Positions 38,212 through 52,766 of a stretch of 64,000 nt of DNA are shown piece after piece. This DNA comes from Octopus vulgaris. Lineage: Eukaryota. Each line of letters opens with the position of its first letter. The stretch's first letter is position 1. The notes under the pieces are model-generated. The model did no database searches, was not told where the DNA came from, and saw only the letters and a list, made by a program, of their open reading frames with translations. The DNA lies in contig OX597833.1 of NCBI GenBank assembly GCA_951406725.2, positions 25,296,001-25,360,000 on the forward strand, written 5' to 3'. The translations under genes were made by a program, and so were the position numbers.

Positions 38212-38872
38212 TGTACACTAAAGCGTTGTGAGTATAATTATATCTCTAAATTGAAAACAACTTCATGCGTGCGCTATTGTGTTATATAAACTTAATTCAT
38301 GTTACAAGTTTAACATACGAAGTGACTGCCGTTGGGAAATCGCACGTTCATGATCTGTTGTTTGAGGTCTTTAAGTAAATCAGTTTTTCGGTAGAATCTG
38401 TTTTCCATTTAAATGTAATATTTTATTCTCAATATCATACAGATCAATAATCGTAGAATGAAGTTGAACATTTCTTAAAATTTCTTTAAATTCAACTGTT
38501 TATTCGATTTCATCTTCAAATAGATAAACACTTCGACTGACTATATACATATTTTAGAAGTTTTGCTTACCATTGTATAGATTCAGCTAACACATTACTA
38601 AGTGCTTGGAAACGTAGCAGCAATTCTAAACTTCCCTGAAGAAGCATCTGTCTTATTTAGTTACGAGTAAAAATTCCTCTAGATGCTAGCAGAAACCGAG
38701 TTCACTCTCGAGAGATGTGGACGTTAGCTCTGTATGAATACGTTTTATATGTGAAGCGAAATGCATTGTTGAAAGCTTAATCGAAGGTAGCATTAAGATA
38801 TTCGCATATACATACCTAGCTACACGCGCGCACCAACACGCATATCCACACACACACATACACACACACACA

Positions 38873-38909
<37 letters not shown>

Positions 38910-39299
38910 TCACTCACACACACATATATGCGTTTCTTATATATGCATATAGACATTCGTGCATACATACATTTATGCATGCATGCATACATACATACAT
39001 ACATACATACATACATACATACATACATACATACATACATACATGCATATTCATCATGGCGTTGAATGCAGACTCGTTGGCACAGAGCACTATTCATTAT
39101 CCCGAGTAATGAATACCTTTCCCTATAATTTTTGCCATTAATAAAGCCTGGTTAAAGAAATGGTTACCTTTGAGTAAGCGCAAACGAAAATCTTTTTTGA
39201 AAAGATCGCAGTAATACTCAAACAGTGAGATACAAACTACGTGGAAAATTACTATATGTACACCATGGCGACAAAAAAAAAACCGGAATCAGCCATCAC

Positions 39300-39950
39300 C
39301 GATTCTGGAACTATGAAGAAAAATATCAATGGACTTTCGAGTTGAACCAAGACCTATGCCATTTCTACAGAAAGCCTGGGAAAGATCATAAGAAAGGATA
39401 CATAAGACTTACAGAATGTTGGGATAAGAAATACCGAACATCCTCAAAGTTTCAGAAAAAATACTATGCCAGCTTCATTTGTTGAAAAGAAATATATCAT
39501 CCTACCAAATAAAATCACTCAGCCAAAACGCACAAACGACAACACTCGTATTAACAACCCATACATACGTATGAATGCTACATGTAACTATCTATTGTAG
39601 AAAATATATCATTCAAAGTCACTGTGAAGAGAGAGAATGAGCAAAGAATATTATACCACAAAACAATCACTTACAGGCTCGTACGCAGGGCCAATACCGA
39701 TTATCCGTACGGACACCAGCATTGGGGATACTCGACAGTTCTACAGAGGAGATCCATCCCATGAGTATTAAAAGCACCGGATTTCTGACATCGACTGCAA
39801 ATTTTCAAAGACAAAACGCTATCAGCAGAAGAAAAGACGGAAGAAGAGGTATAAAATCAATGCAGAAAACTTTCGAGCGACGTATGGTTATCACTCAGAT
39901 AGAACCCGATAAACAATAGCACCCAAAATAATTACATAGCTCAAGTGCTG
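39300..39950 (+). pseudogene. Decayed N-terminal region of an R4/Dong-like ORF
   Basis: WTFELNQDLCHFYRK......KGYIRLTECWDKKY resembles the WT.E.N..L..CY...GY..R...W N-terminal motif of this clade. The downstream extent is uncertain. Confidence 0.45.
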
Positions 39951-41061
39951 AGAAAGAAAAGCAGTTAGGCGATTCCACCAATTTCAGTACGTCACATCGA
40001 ACGTAAAGAACCGGTAAAAGTACATAAAATACATATACAATCATTTACCAGCGAGTGAAACTCGCTAGTATATATCAAGGGTTCATTAACTGTTTTAGGT
40101 GTGTTTATGTAGTTTTAGCAGACATAGGCATTTTAGGGAACCTCCCACACAGTAAAACATCAATGATGTAAAACGCTCAGTATAAGAGAGGGTGAGGGAA
40201 AGAGAATGAGTGTGTGTGAGTGTATGTGTATGCGTGTGTGTTTGAGTGTGTGTGTGTGAAAACGAGAGAGAGAGATAGAGAGAGCGAACTGTACAAATAC
40301 TGGAATGACACCCATTTTCAACTGAGTAGAAAGGAGAAACATAAGATGAAGCCGCTTGCTCAATATTAAGAACCGCTGTCCTAACCACGAGTGCCATTGG
40401 TCTTCAACGACAGTCACACATAGACACATCAAGTTTATTTTTCTCAGCATTTCTGAGGTAGGGTTACATGAAATTGTTTGCGAACATTTCTACCCTTCTC
40501 TGTCTCAGGCTCTCATAATGATTTCTCTGCTATCGAATTACATATTATTCTAAGTTTCATTTAAAGACTAAAATATTAATACCGCTGAGGGTTTTCAACT
40601 TTCCAGTATATGGGAGCCGCTGGATCTGAGGAGCTCATCTGTCTTTGACAGGTTTTGTTTTTTTAATCTTTCTGCGTTCCCATTCACAATCTCACTGAGT
40701 AAGTAGAGCAGATTAAAAACCAATTCCGGCGCAGGCCATGAGTAAGTAGTACAGGACCAAATGGCTAGCTTCAGTAAGTTTCTGTGGACCTATGACAGAA
40801 CTGGTCCTAAACAAATTCATATGAAGACATGCATTTACAAAATATACACGCTCACGCGCGCACCCACATACACACAAACACACACACACACAGACGCACT
40901 CTATACATGCATATATATACTTACATAATCCTGACACGTTCTTTTCTCCGCTTTGTTCTCTCCCTTTTTTTGCTCATCCTTTTCTGTTAAAGTTCCGTAG
41001 GCTCAAATGTGTACGACTTTTCCATTTTCCCCGAGTGTCAGTCTAATACACCCTGCTTGTT

Positions 41062-41250
41062 CAGTTCTATATTTAAGAGATTCCAAGTTCGTTTCAAGCA
41101 GTGACCTGAACAACAACAACAACAATAATAATAATAAAAATAATAAGCATAAACTTCCAACTTGTTGTCTCTTGAGGTCTCTGGGTGAGACTTGGAGCCA
41201 ACTTGTACAAATGTGAAGCAAAAGTCAAACATATAATAATAATAATAATG

Positions 41251-41319
<69 letters not shown>

Positions 41320-41472
41320 TCGAAAAATACCTTAGGAATGAGAAGCCAGGTTCGAAATTTCCCCTGGACACCTGATGAAGGCTGGATGGTATATCAGCCA
41401 AAAAGTTGTGTTAACAACAAACAAGATGACGGAGGACAAATATCCGTCAATTGTAAATAATGTAAATAATGT
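41062..41472 (+). mobile_element. Composite tRNA-head / (AAT)n / R4-Dong / HHR element, copy 2, with 12-bp TSD
   Basis: Inverted tail stub 41062-41080, B-box remnant AAGTTCGTTTC, (AAC/AAT)n, Dong 3' UTR ~41145-41233, (AAT)n, HHR. TSD ACCCTGCTTGTT (41050-41061) / ACCTTGCTTGTT (41473-41484). Confidence 0.8.
41367..41412 (+). ncRNA. Minimal type I hammerhead motif (G12->A, probably inactive)
   Basis: GACAC-CTGATGA-A-GGCTG-GATGGTATAT-CAGCC-AAAA-AG-T-T-GTGTT. Confidence 0.7.
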
Positions 41473-41699
41473 ACCTTGCTTGTTGTTCTCGCACCTCTCT
41501 CTGTCTTTTTGTTTTGTACATTTTGAACTACATACACACACACATACATACATACATACATGATGGTTGTAATTCGATTTGAGAATTGTCTCGCTTGATT
41601 GTTCTCCTAACCGTCAGTAGGATAGGGACTAACACTCCGTTGGACACATGTGACAACAATGGATACCTCTTGCATTAGATGTTACACTATTGTTTGGCG

Positions 41700-42125
41700 T
41701 ATCTTCCTGTTTCAGTCGGCTTCATGAGGTATATTCTTTTCAACCATACTTCTCATAATTGATACTTTATAAGGCATTGTTAACAATTTTCCTCTGTCTG
41801 GGTGGCTTTTCTGACGAGTTCTATATCTCGTTTTACCAAGACAGACACGCTTTCACTCTTTACATATTATCCTGAGCATAATTATAATCAGCAAAGTTCA
41901 CATCAAGTCCCATGCGAACATCTCTCTTGAGCTGTTCATGATGGATGCGATTTTGTTCAAATTTCCTCCGCCCAACTTGCATGATTTTCCTCCACAATGA
42001 CCAATCTAGAGAGACGATTTCCCATGTATTTTCTAAGATCTTGAATTTCTCCAGTGTATTCTAGATGCAATTCTTATATCTTACATGACTTTGTAGGGAT
42101 ATGATGATATTCGTCTACTTTATTT
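41700..42125 (-). pseudogene. RTE-clade LINE ORF C-terminal fragment
   Basis: RYKNCI*NTLEKFKILENTWEIVSLDWSLWRKIMQVGRRKFEQNRIHHEQLKR, matching the RYKD.LK...WE..A.DR..WR...G...FE..R motif. Confidence 0.75.
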
Positions 42126-42388
42126 GATTTTGGAGAAATATAACGGTATTCTTGCAAGGTTTCTCTCTGTATGGTAATCGGCTTCGTGAAACTCTGTGTA
42201 ACAGAAGATTTTCAGTTTCAATAAACCATTATATTTTACTCTAACTTTCGTATCCGAGTGACATTTCCTCAACTTATTTTGCATATATGAACTTGCATAT
42301 GTCTGTCATTCTGGCAGCCGGTCTGAATCTCTCTCTCTCTCTCCATCTATCTCTATACATATTCCCCCTTCCATATATATGAACAAAT

Positions 42389-42449
<61 letters not shown>

Positions 42450-42528
42450 CATACATATATAAACATAAAAACACACACACACATATATATATACATATAT
42501 ACACACACAAAATGCATATATGTGCACT

Positions 42529-42631
<103 letters not shown>

Positions 42632-42685
42632 ATTCATATATCTGTCAGTTTCTGATGCATATCATTTTTCTATCTATCAATTAAT

Positions 42686-42735
<50 letters not shown>

Positions 42736-42779
42736 GTCTGTCTGTCTGTCTGTTTGCCTGTCTGTCTGTCTGTCTGTCT

Positions 42780-42929
42780 CCTTTTATTCCTGCCTTACTA
42801 TTCTTGCTTTTCTTTTCCTCTCACACTCATTCTACTTTTCTCCTCTGTCTTCTCTTTCGTAGCTTTGGTTTCCTTGTTCATTCACCTCTCATTCATCCAT
42901 TCATTGTTCTCACTGACACTTCACTCTTT

Positions 42930-42980
<51 letters not shown>

Positions 42981-43141
42981 CTCTCTCTCGCCTTCTTGGT
43001 TTCTCTCTTCCGCCTCTTTTTTCGCTATCAACATTTCTTGCCATTTCTTTCTTTTCTATGACGATCTTAATTCTACCATACTTTTTGTCTTTCCTTCAAT
43101 CTCTTTTTTCATATACTCTCTTTCACGCTTTCTTACTCTGC

Positions 43142-43173
<32 letters not shown>

Positions 43174-43654
43174 AAGAAAGAGAGAGAGAGAGGAGACAAA
43201 GAAAGAAAGAAAGACAAAGACAAAGACAGAAAGAGACAAAGAGTCCTTCTTTGAACAGTATCTTCTTTCTTTTCACTCCCTCACTCATATCGCCTAACTT
43301 TCACTCTCACTCAAACGTTCTTTTCCCCTCCACTCATACTTATTCTCCCGTTCTCGTACCTCTGTTTCTGTTTCATCTATTAGTCTCACCCTTTCCCTCT
43401 CTGTATACCACGCGCTACTCTACTCCTTCTCTTTCTCTCTCTCTTTTCCACGCTCTTATTTATACTCAGTCGTTCTCAATCTGTTTCACTCGAAGTGTCA
43501 CTCCTTTATCATTTCTCTCTCCTTGTCTCCCTTTCGCTTAACATATGTCTTTCTATTCTGACTCTCTCTTTGTACTCTCGCTCGTATTCACTCTTTCTAC
43601 ATCTTATTAAATCTAAGTATTACTCATATTTACTTTAACTTTTTCTCTCACCCA

Positions 43655-43688
<34 letters not shown>

Positions 43689-44335
43689 TTTTTCCAACTT
43701 ACACTACAACTCTAAAACACTTTACTCCCTTTTTCTTACCTCTCATCCTCTCTGTATAACTCCCTCCGCCGCTCTCTCATTCTTTCCTTTTCCTTCTTTA
43801 TCCTATTTCTCACGCTCATTCTCTTCCCTCTTTTCTCCTTCGTTCTCCTCACCCCTCTCTCACTCACCCTCTTTCATACACCTATGCTTTTCTGCATGAT
43901 TCTCCTCTATCCTCACTCTATTTCACCTCCGCTTTCTCCCTCCCTCATCTACTCAACCTCCCCTTTTCCTCTCCCTTCTTCTCCGTTCATTACATTTCCT
44001 CCTCCACCACTTTTTTACCCCTACCCCCACTGTTTTTATTCTGATTTCTTTTAACCAACTCTCCCTACCCTCCTTACTCTCCCTGCTCTCTCTCTCTCTC
44101 TCTCTCTCTCAATTTCTCTGCAACATTATTAAACCTCCCTGTCTCCGTCTTCCTCATACATTCCTCCCCCTCTCTCGTACTCACTCACTCTGTATTTCAT
44201 ACAATCTTTCCCTCTCTCTCCTTTCTCTCCTTCTCCCTCTCCGATTCTTCTACTTTCCTCACGTCACTCGGTCTATCTATCCTTCCCTGAAATTTCTTCT
44301 TTCTTCTCTCGTTCCGTCTATCTATTTTAAAATCT
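42780..44335. repeat. ~1.5-kb polypyrimidine low-complexity tract with one (GA)n island
   Basis: Direct reading. Confidence 0.9.
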
Positions 44336-44359
44336 TCCTTGGATTTCCCAAAAAAACTA

Positions 44360-45219
44360 CCACAATAAATACAACAACGAGAGAAATACCAGCAACACCA
44401 TCACCACCATTAAAGCACTACCACCACAACTACCGCCAACACCATTAAACCGCCACCACCTCAACTACCATCAACACCACTGCCACTACCACAGCGATCA
44501 TCAATACCAGCAACAACTACTACAGATATTGCAACCACGACAAATACAACTTCCACCACCACAACCACTACCTCTATCATCACTATCACCGCCACCACCA
44601 CCACCACCACCACCACCACCACCACCACCACCACCACCTTCCCCACCGCTACATCATCATCAACATCATCATCATTGTCACTATCACCGTCGCAACTTAA
44701 ATTACTATCATCGTCATCACACACCACTACCGCTCCATCACGACCACTAACAACAACAACATAAACACCGCCAACACCAACATCACCACCACCATCGCTA
44801 CCATCATCATCTTCTCGATCGCCACCACCATCAATACTAAAATCACTACCACCGCCACCATTATATCTGTAATAAATACCATCGGCATCATCATCATCAC
44901 CAACACCACCACCACTATCACCACTACCACAAGCATTAACATCAGCGTAACCACTACCAACAAAAGCAACAACAAGGCAGCCTCGGCACTACACCATCAT
45001 CGCCAACATTTACATCCTCAACACCACCATCAGAATAACCACCACATACACAACCACCACCTTCACCACCACTTACACCTCCACAATCACGATCACTTAT
45101 ACGAACACCACCAACACATATCCACACCCTCACCATCGCCAACCACCACCACAACCTGTAACAACACACGCATCAACCTCTTCACACAACACCATTACTA
45201 CTACTACTACTACTACTAC

Positions 45220-45268
<49 letters not shown>

Positions 45269-45345
45269 ACTACTTCTACTATTTCTTCTTCTTCTTCTTC
45301 TTCTTCTTCTTCTTCTTCTACTACTACTACTACCACCATCACCAC
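44360..45345. repeat. Compound (CAC/CAT/CTA/AAT/CTT)n tract
   Basis: Direct reading. Confidence 0.9.
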
Positions 45346-46069
45346 GAACCAAATACTTTAGATGGTCATCTGAAATGGTAGAAATATCAGCAAAAATATC
45401 TGAAATCACAGCGAAACCGTTTCAGAAAAGGCGCGTTCGATAATGTGCTTCGAGGTCCTCGGCAAAAATGGAATGCAGTGGTCACGACTGGACTGCGTTT
45501 GATTATGCGCGTGCTGCTTGATCAGGTTCTGGCTCGAGTGTGGTCTGTTAAGCCACTAGCGCAACAGAAAGGGCAGCAAGAAACCAAGGAACGAGCGTCA
45601 CCATTGACATCATAAAAATCACCGCCAACAACAACAAAAATAAGAACGGAACCAGCAGAAACAAAAGCATTATCAACATCAACAGGACCAAAAAAAAAAC
45701 CGTTATCAGCATTATCATCATCATCAGCAGCAGCAAGAGTAACTGCATCACCAAAACCAGGAACAAGACCAGCAGCGGCAGCAGCGAGCAACAGCAGCAG
45801 CAGCAGCAACAACTCTGCTTGTATTACTATAACCACTACGATTACATCGTCGTTTCAGCAGTCGCAGAGAGAAGAGAGACTTGTTGGATGTATGCAGCAT
45901 AACAGCAGCCAGCTTACACTTGCAGTTGTTGCAGTGTTCGGAAAAACGTTGTGGATATACCGGCCTCTGGTAATGCCTTTATTGTCATGTGTTACGAACA
46001 TTTCGCTCTTGTGTCTCTCTCATGTAGGTTCATCTCTGCGCGCGTCCCTCTGTGCCTATGAGTGTAAGA

Positions 46070-46117
46070 GTGTGTGTATATATATATGTGTGCGTGTGTG
46101 TGTGTGTGTTTATGAAT

Positions 46118-46172
<55 letters not shown>

Positions 46173-46239
46173 CACAGACGCAGCATATATATATATATGT
46201 ATATATATAATAACATATGTACGAATGCATACACACACA

Positions 46240-46306
<67 letters not shown>

Positions 46307-46450
46307 ATATATATACATTTCATGTTTATATACATATATAGTATACACACACACATACACACATATATATATATACACTTTATATATATGTATATATATA
46401 TATACATACTTACATACACACACTCACATATAAAAATGAATCTCTCTTTT

Positions 46451-46488
<38 letters not shown>

Positions 46489-46587
46489 TATCCACCTACA
46501 CATAATTATTTACATTTATATAAACACACATATATACACAATTTGGGTGGGTGTACTCGTATATTTGTGTGTGTAATTATGTATGTA

Positions 46588-46632
<45 letters not shown>

Positions 46633-47008
46633 CACATATATATATATACACATATGCCTACACAACATTTTTTACAATATTCTATAGAAATATGTACGGT
46701 TACATATGTTGATAGACATATAACTCTGCATCTAAATGTATATTCATGCGTATGTGTGCCTCCATTTGAGTATGGGAGTACATCTGTGGATGTGTGTATA
46801 CTTCGTTTGTATGTACCTGTCTTTCAAACTGTCTCTGAGTTTGTATGCCCGTCTGTCTGTCGACCGAATGCCTGTCTGTCTGTGCCACTGTTCTCATTAT
46901 ACGTTCGTCACCTAATTAAACAGTTCATACGTAAACTTGTGTCATGTGTCACAATATGTATTCATGTTCAGTCTATTGTGTATATATATATCTATATGTA
47001 TATGTATG

Positions 47009-47039
<31 letters not shown>

Positions 47040-47070
47040 CCCCGTGTGTGTGTGCGCGTGTTTTTGTGTG

Positions 47071-47116
<46 letters not shown>

Positions 47117-47461
47117 AATAAATGTAAACACACACCCATATATAATATATATGTATATGTGTATATATGTATATATGTATATATATACACACGAATATAT
47201 ATATATATATTATATATTATATGAATATTTGTATGTATATGTACCTCTAAGTATATCTATCTATCCATCTGTCTTTCTATCATTCCGTCTGGCGTCCTCT
47301 GTCCGCCCGCATGTCTGTCTGTCAGTCTATTTATCTGGGAAAGAATAATAACGGAGCCATATACCATTCCGTCTTTAGAAATTCCGACCATTGTTACACA
47401 TACAGACGCATACATACGTACATACAAATACACACAGATACCATATATATGTATGTATATG

Positions 47462-47499
<38 letters not shown>

Positions 47500-48125
47500 C
47501 ATAAACATACATACATGTATATACATATACATATATGCATATACAGATATACATATATCTATCTATGTATATGTATACCTGTGTATGTATATGTATGTAT
47601 ATATACATGTATACACACATATATATATATATACATATATATATACAAATATATATATATATATACATATATATTCATTTATATATATATATATATGTAT
47701 GTATGTATGTACATCACATAGATGCATATCTACTGGCATATATAGGAAGCGATTGCTATATATATATATATATATACTCTCAGATCAGTGTATATACATA
47801 TGGATACGTTTGTGTATGTGGGGTGTCTTTAGCTATGCGTGATATAGAATACGTAGCTACAGAGACTATATACTCTATACACCCACACATGCGTATGTAA
47901 CTATGAAGAGCGCTTAATTAAAGTTTATACCGTTATGCACACATGCAAGTATGTGTGTGTGTATGCATGTGTGCATTTGTATGCAAGTGTATCTTACATT
48001 TCTTTAATACATGTTTGTTATTGCTATAAGTGTGTGTGCATTTATGTGATTCTGTGTGTATATTTGTTTCTGTGCGTGTGTATGTGTGTTTGTATATGTG
48101 TATATGTGTGTGTGTGCGTGCGTAT
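46070..48125. repeat. Extended (TA)n/(TG)n/(TATC)n low-complexity region
   Basis: Direct reading. Confidence 0.9.
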
Positions 48126-48384
48126 TGTAGTTAGTGTCAAACTTGCTAGAACCAACAGTACCGACACGTACTTGCCAACCATACTCCATATGCTAGGACT
48201 GATACAAACGAATTTGTAGTAGTACTAATGTATTGGTTGCACTAGTAAGTGGAAGCGTCGATGCAATTACTAGTTGTAGTAGTAGTAGTAGTAGTAGTAG
48301 AGGAAAGAACAAGAAATATAACGGATTCTTGAGACCGCAGCAGGGAGCCAGTGTCACTGTCAACGATCGAAATGCACGTGACTA

Positions 48385-48455
48385 ATCGTCATCATCATCA
48401 TCATCATCAAAATCATCATCACCATCATCATCATCATCATCATCATCGTAATCAC

Positions 48456-48518
<63 letters not shown>

Positions 48519-48588
48519 TATCATCATAATCGTCATCCTAATATTTATCACCATCCTCGTCCTCGTCGTCGTCGTCATCAACATCGTT

Positions 48589-48644
<56 letters not shown>

Positions 48645-48700
48645 CATTGTCATCATAATATTCAGCATCGTAGTCGTTCTCGTCGTCGTCGTCATCATAT
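48385..48700. repeat. (CAT)n/(CGT)n microsatellite
   Basis: Direct reading; it is the source of the poly-His and poly-Met ORFs. Confidence 0.95.
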
Positions 48701-51367
48701 TCTTCTCCGACTTCGATTTACTGACTTGTTCTTTTTTTCCTGTATTCTTGTATACCTGTTATTCTTCCGAATTAGCTGTTATGTCACTTTTGGTCTTCTG
48801 TAGACGATAACACATACTAAGCTCTGCGGTCTAAACACATATAGAGGCATACACACACACACACATTTTCACGCACAAACATTCTCTCTCTTTCACACAT
48901 ACAGGCACACAAACACACACACATACATACACAGAGGCAAACACACACACACTCCCATGCACATTCACGCATGAGCAGGCACGCGCGCGCATACTCTCGC
49001 AGAGTTACATTTGTATGCAAATGTAAATATTTATTAATGTGTTATATACCCCCCTGCATACATACATATATACATATATATAAACAAATACACACGCTCA
49101 TATATATACGCATACAAACATGTATATACACATGTACAATTATACATATGCGGATGTATATATATTCTTTTAACATTTCCATACGTTTCAACTCTAAGGC
49201 TGTGGCAATGCTGGAGCATATATATATATATATATGTGTGTGTGTGCGTGCAAGCACATTTGGATGTGCGTGAGGGTAGAATGTTGAAACTGCAATCTTG
49301 CATAAAGTCTTGGAGACATCTCCCTTTGACATGCACCATATTGTACGTATTTGCATCTAAACACACTCATAGAGTTTCACGTGCATACACGCTTACAAAC
49401 AAGCGCACGCACTCGAGCACGCACATGGACGGACTCATGAATTTCGGGATACGTAGAACTGATGCAATTAGCACGCAAATTGTTGCTACTCCCCTCTTTT
49501 ACTCTGGTTTTGATTTTTCTGTCTCTGTCTCGCCTGCTCTCTCTCTCTTTCTCTCTCTCTCTCACTCTCTGTCTCTCTATCTCACTGTATCTCAGTGCCT
49601 CATTCACATACACCTATACACTCGGAGTCATGCCTGTATGTAAGTGTGTGTGTAATGGACTGATGGATGGATGGATGGATGGATGGATGGATAATTGGAG
49701 GAAAGAATAAATAGAAGGACGGATGCATGTATGCATATTTGCGTATGTATATATATATATGATACACAATACAAATGCGTAATTTATGTAATACACACAC
49801 ATATGTATATATGTATCTCACTCTCACTATATATATACACGTATATATACATATATATGTAGGTATGTATATATATATATGTATGTATTATGTATTTATT
49901 TATATATTATTTATATTATTATATTTATATGTATGTATGTATGTATGTATAATATATATTTATATGTTTGTTATATGACTCATGTAAAGTAAATATTTGC
50001 ATAATATTATTTATATGCATACACATGCAGAAGCCGTAATACCCAAATATGCGCACACCGCACGAGCACATGAGGATACACATATACACAAGCATACTGT
50101 CATACATGCGCGCTAACAAACATATTCCCTCATACTGGAACACTCATTCGCATACATATACATACACACTTCGTGGCACGTGAAAATCCACACACTCACA
50201 TACCCCCCCACACACACACACAGATATATACTTACACAGAAGTACATAAGTTTCATGACATGTAAGCACGCCCTGTGAACACGCACAAACCATAAACATA
50301 CATCACAAACACACACATACATGCGCAAAAGTATTCAACTACATAGTCGTATGCATACACATACTCATACACAAGAGAGCAAGTTACAAAGACACACGTC
50401 TACATAAAAACTATAATGCACACACATACACACTCACATACTCATACGCACTCACACAGGAACGTGCTCAAACTTCCTGTGGCACAAAACACATGCGCAA
50501 ACACACTAACACAAACGCATACATACACACACACAGGCACACATACATACACTTATATTCGCTCAGGAAAAACCATAAGCAAAGATTCTATAATGCATAT
50601 CCGCATACAATAGATTATACATTGACATAAGCACATACACACGCACTCACGCACATATATGCACACACATACACAGGTGTACATGCAGCCCTATTCACAT
50701 GTGCATGCACTTGCCTGAATAATTCATTAAGTGACAGATATACGACATTGCATTCCGTTGCATGTAGAGATAAACACACCGCACACCGCTGCACTTCATT
50801 GGTGCAGAACATCAATCGTTGCGACACACACTCCACTCATACCAGCCAATGTGACAGCCTCTATCTGGTAGATAAGTATGCTAGAAAAATCAGTCAAATT
50901 CCCCGGAAAGCCATATTTTAACGTCTTAAAAGGAGAAATTGATACATTTGATAATAATTCTGATGCATTGTCGCAGATGAAATGAAATGGTCATGGATGT
51001 AACGCTTTGAGGTTGTTCAGCTGATTCAATATTAACCTGGAGTTGAACAACAGCTACATCCATTGATAAAGAGAGTGACGGTATTTGAGAGATAAATATA
51101 TAAATATATATATATATATATATACATACACACAGTCATATATATCACATCCTGTAAGTTTCATGCATTATACGAGCATATTCATATACATACATAAACT
51201 CACAGGCCTTCGATCTGTTTGATAAGTTTGATAAGTGCCAACGCACGAAACACTGATCCTTGAGTCACTCTGTAACTTCTTATACATACATCCACCCATC
51301 CATACATATATACATATACATACACACACATACATACATATATATACACACACACACATATATATAT

Positions 51368-51550
51368 AGGGAGAATTCACAAAAAAAAACCCAAAAGACG
51401 AAGACAGGTGTGGTACAAAACAAACAGATGTATTAGTATAACGCTCGGGAAGTGAAAAAGTATTTAACGTTTCGAGCCTACGCTCTTCCACAGAAAGGAA
51501 CACAGAAAGAAACAAAGAGAGAAAATAAAGAATGTGTTGTGGCTAGCGAT
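51368..51550 (-). mobile_element. HHR-bearing short element between (TA)n tracts
   Basis: Contains the HHR motif at 51463-51496; (TA)n on both sides. Confidence 0.65.
51463..51496 (-). ncRNA. Minimal type I hammerhead-like motif, core CUGUGGA
   Basis: TTT-CTGTGGA-A-GAGC-GTAG-GCTC-GAAA-CG-T-T-AAA, with palindrome AACGTT. Confidence 0.6.
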
Positions 51551-51554
51551 ATAC

Positions 51555-51648
<94 letters not shown>

Positions 51649-51754
51649 TCCCCCCTTTTAGTAGAAGGAATAGCTATATCTCTTTGACTGCTATTTCTAA
51701 ATTCGGTGTGTTGGTGAGGCAATTCGTTGCTAAACCCTTAATTACTTAGTATTA

Positions 51755-51899
<145 letters not shown>

Positions 51900-52644
51900 T
51901 AATATAAGTATTGATAGAGTATAGAATCTCTTCAATCGAACCACTTGCTATTCAAGTCTGAGAAAAAATTCGAAGTCTTTTGGTGCAGAAACTCAAGTTA
52001 ATCAACAACACGTTGCATATCACTCATCACAACGACATCATTTACCTAGAATTGGGTTAGAAACTTTGTGGTACGGAAACAATTGTAACTAAGTGTAAAG
52101 TTGTGCTATACTCATTTCTCACCTTGCGTTAGAAACACACATACACCAACACATAGACACACTGACACGCACATACGCTCGCGCGCGTGCACAAAGACAC
52201 ACACATGTATAATCTTTGATTCACTTTGGATAAATGCCAGCACACGTAAATTCGATCCTTGCGTCACTCTGTAATTTCTGCCGATAAAATAATAATATTT
52301 GGGAGTGTGTTTTTGTTTGTATGTCTCTATATGTGTATGTATGTGTGTACAGATTCCTCTACGGCATATATGTTATAAATACTTGCGGAAAAATTCGGGA
52401 GAGTTACCTATGTAAAATAGTGAGCTGGAAAATCAACCAATCAGCTGAGCTTTTCCAAACGCTTACCAAAGAAAATTCCCTCGCAGAGAGTTAAAAGTCT
52501 ATAAGTTTAAACCAAGGGAGGTCACTCTAATAAGATCAGTTGATCGAAATTTATAGGGAATATAGTCAATATATTGTGGAATGAATGGCAAATGTGTTTG
52601 GTATTTAATGCCAAACATGCATATGTTGAAATTTCAGAGCCCCA

Positions 52645-52766
52645 CAACACGCACGCACGCATGCACGCAAACACGCATGCACGCACGCACGCATGCACGC
52701 ACGCACGCACGCATGCACGCACGCACGCACGCATGCACGCACGCACGCATGCACGCACGCACGCAC
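52645..52766. repeat. (GCAC)n/(GCAT) microsatellite
   Basis: Direct reading. Confidence 0.95.

Noticed and set aside
38631-38715. CTGAAGA-AGCATCT...AGATGCT-AGCA-GAAA hammerhead-like motif
   Set aside because: Four extra nucleotides precede GAAA, and I find no UH site followed by a closing stem I.
48351-48803. His-rich 150-aa ORF and antisense poly-Met ORF
   Set aside because: They derive from a (CAT)n microsatellite.
51705-51745. TTGGTGA-G-GCAA-TTCG-TTGC-TAAA degenerate hammerhead
   Set aside because: Three core positions deviate and stem I is missing; at most a dead remnant, so it is not counted.
52420-52470. CCAAT box within a small hairpin as a promoter
   Set aside because: A single short motif with no other support.
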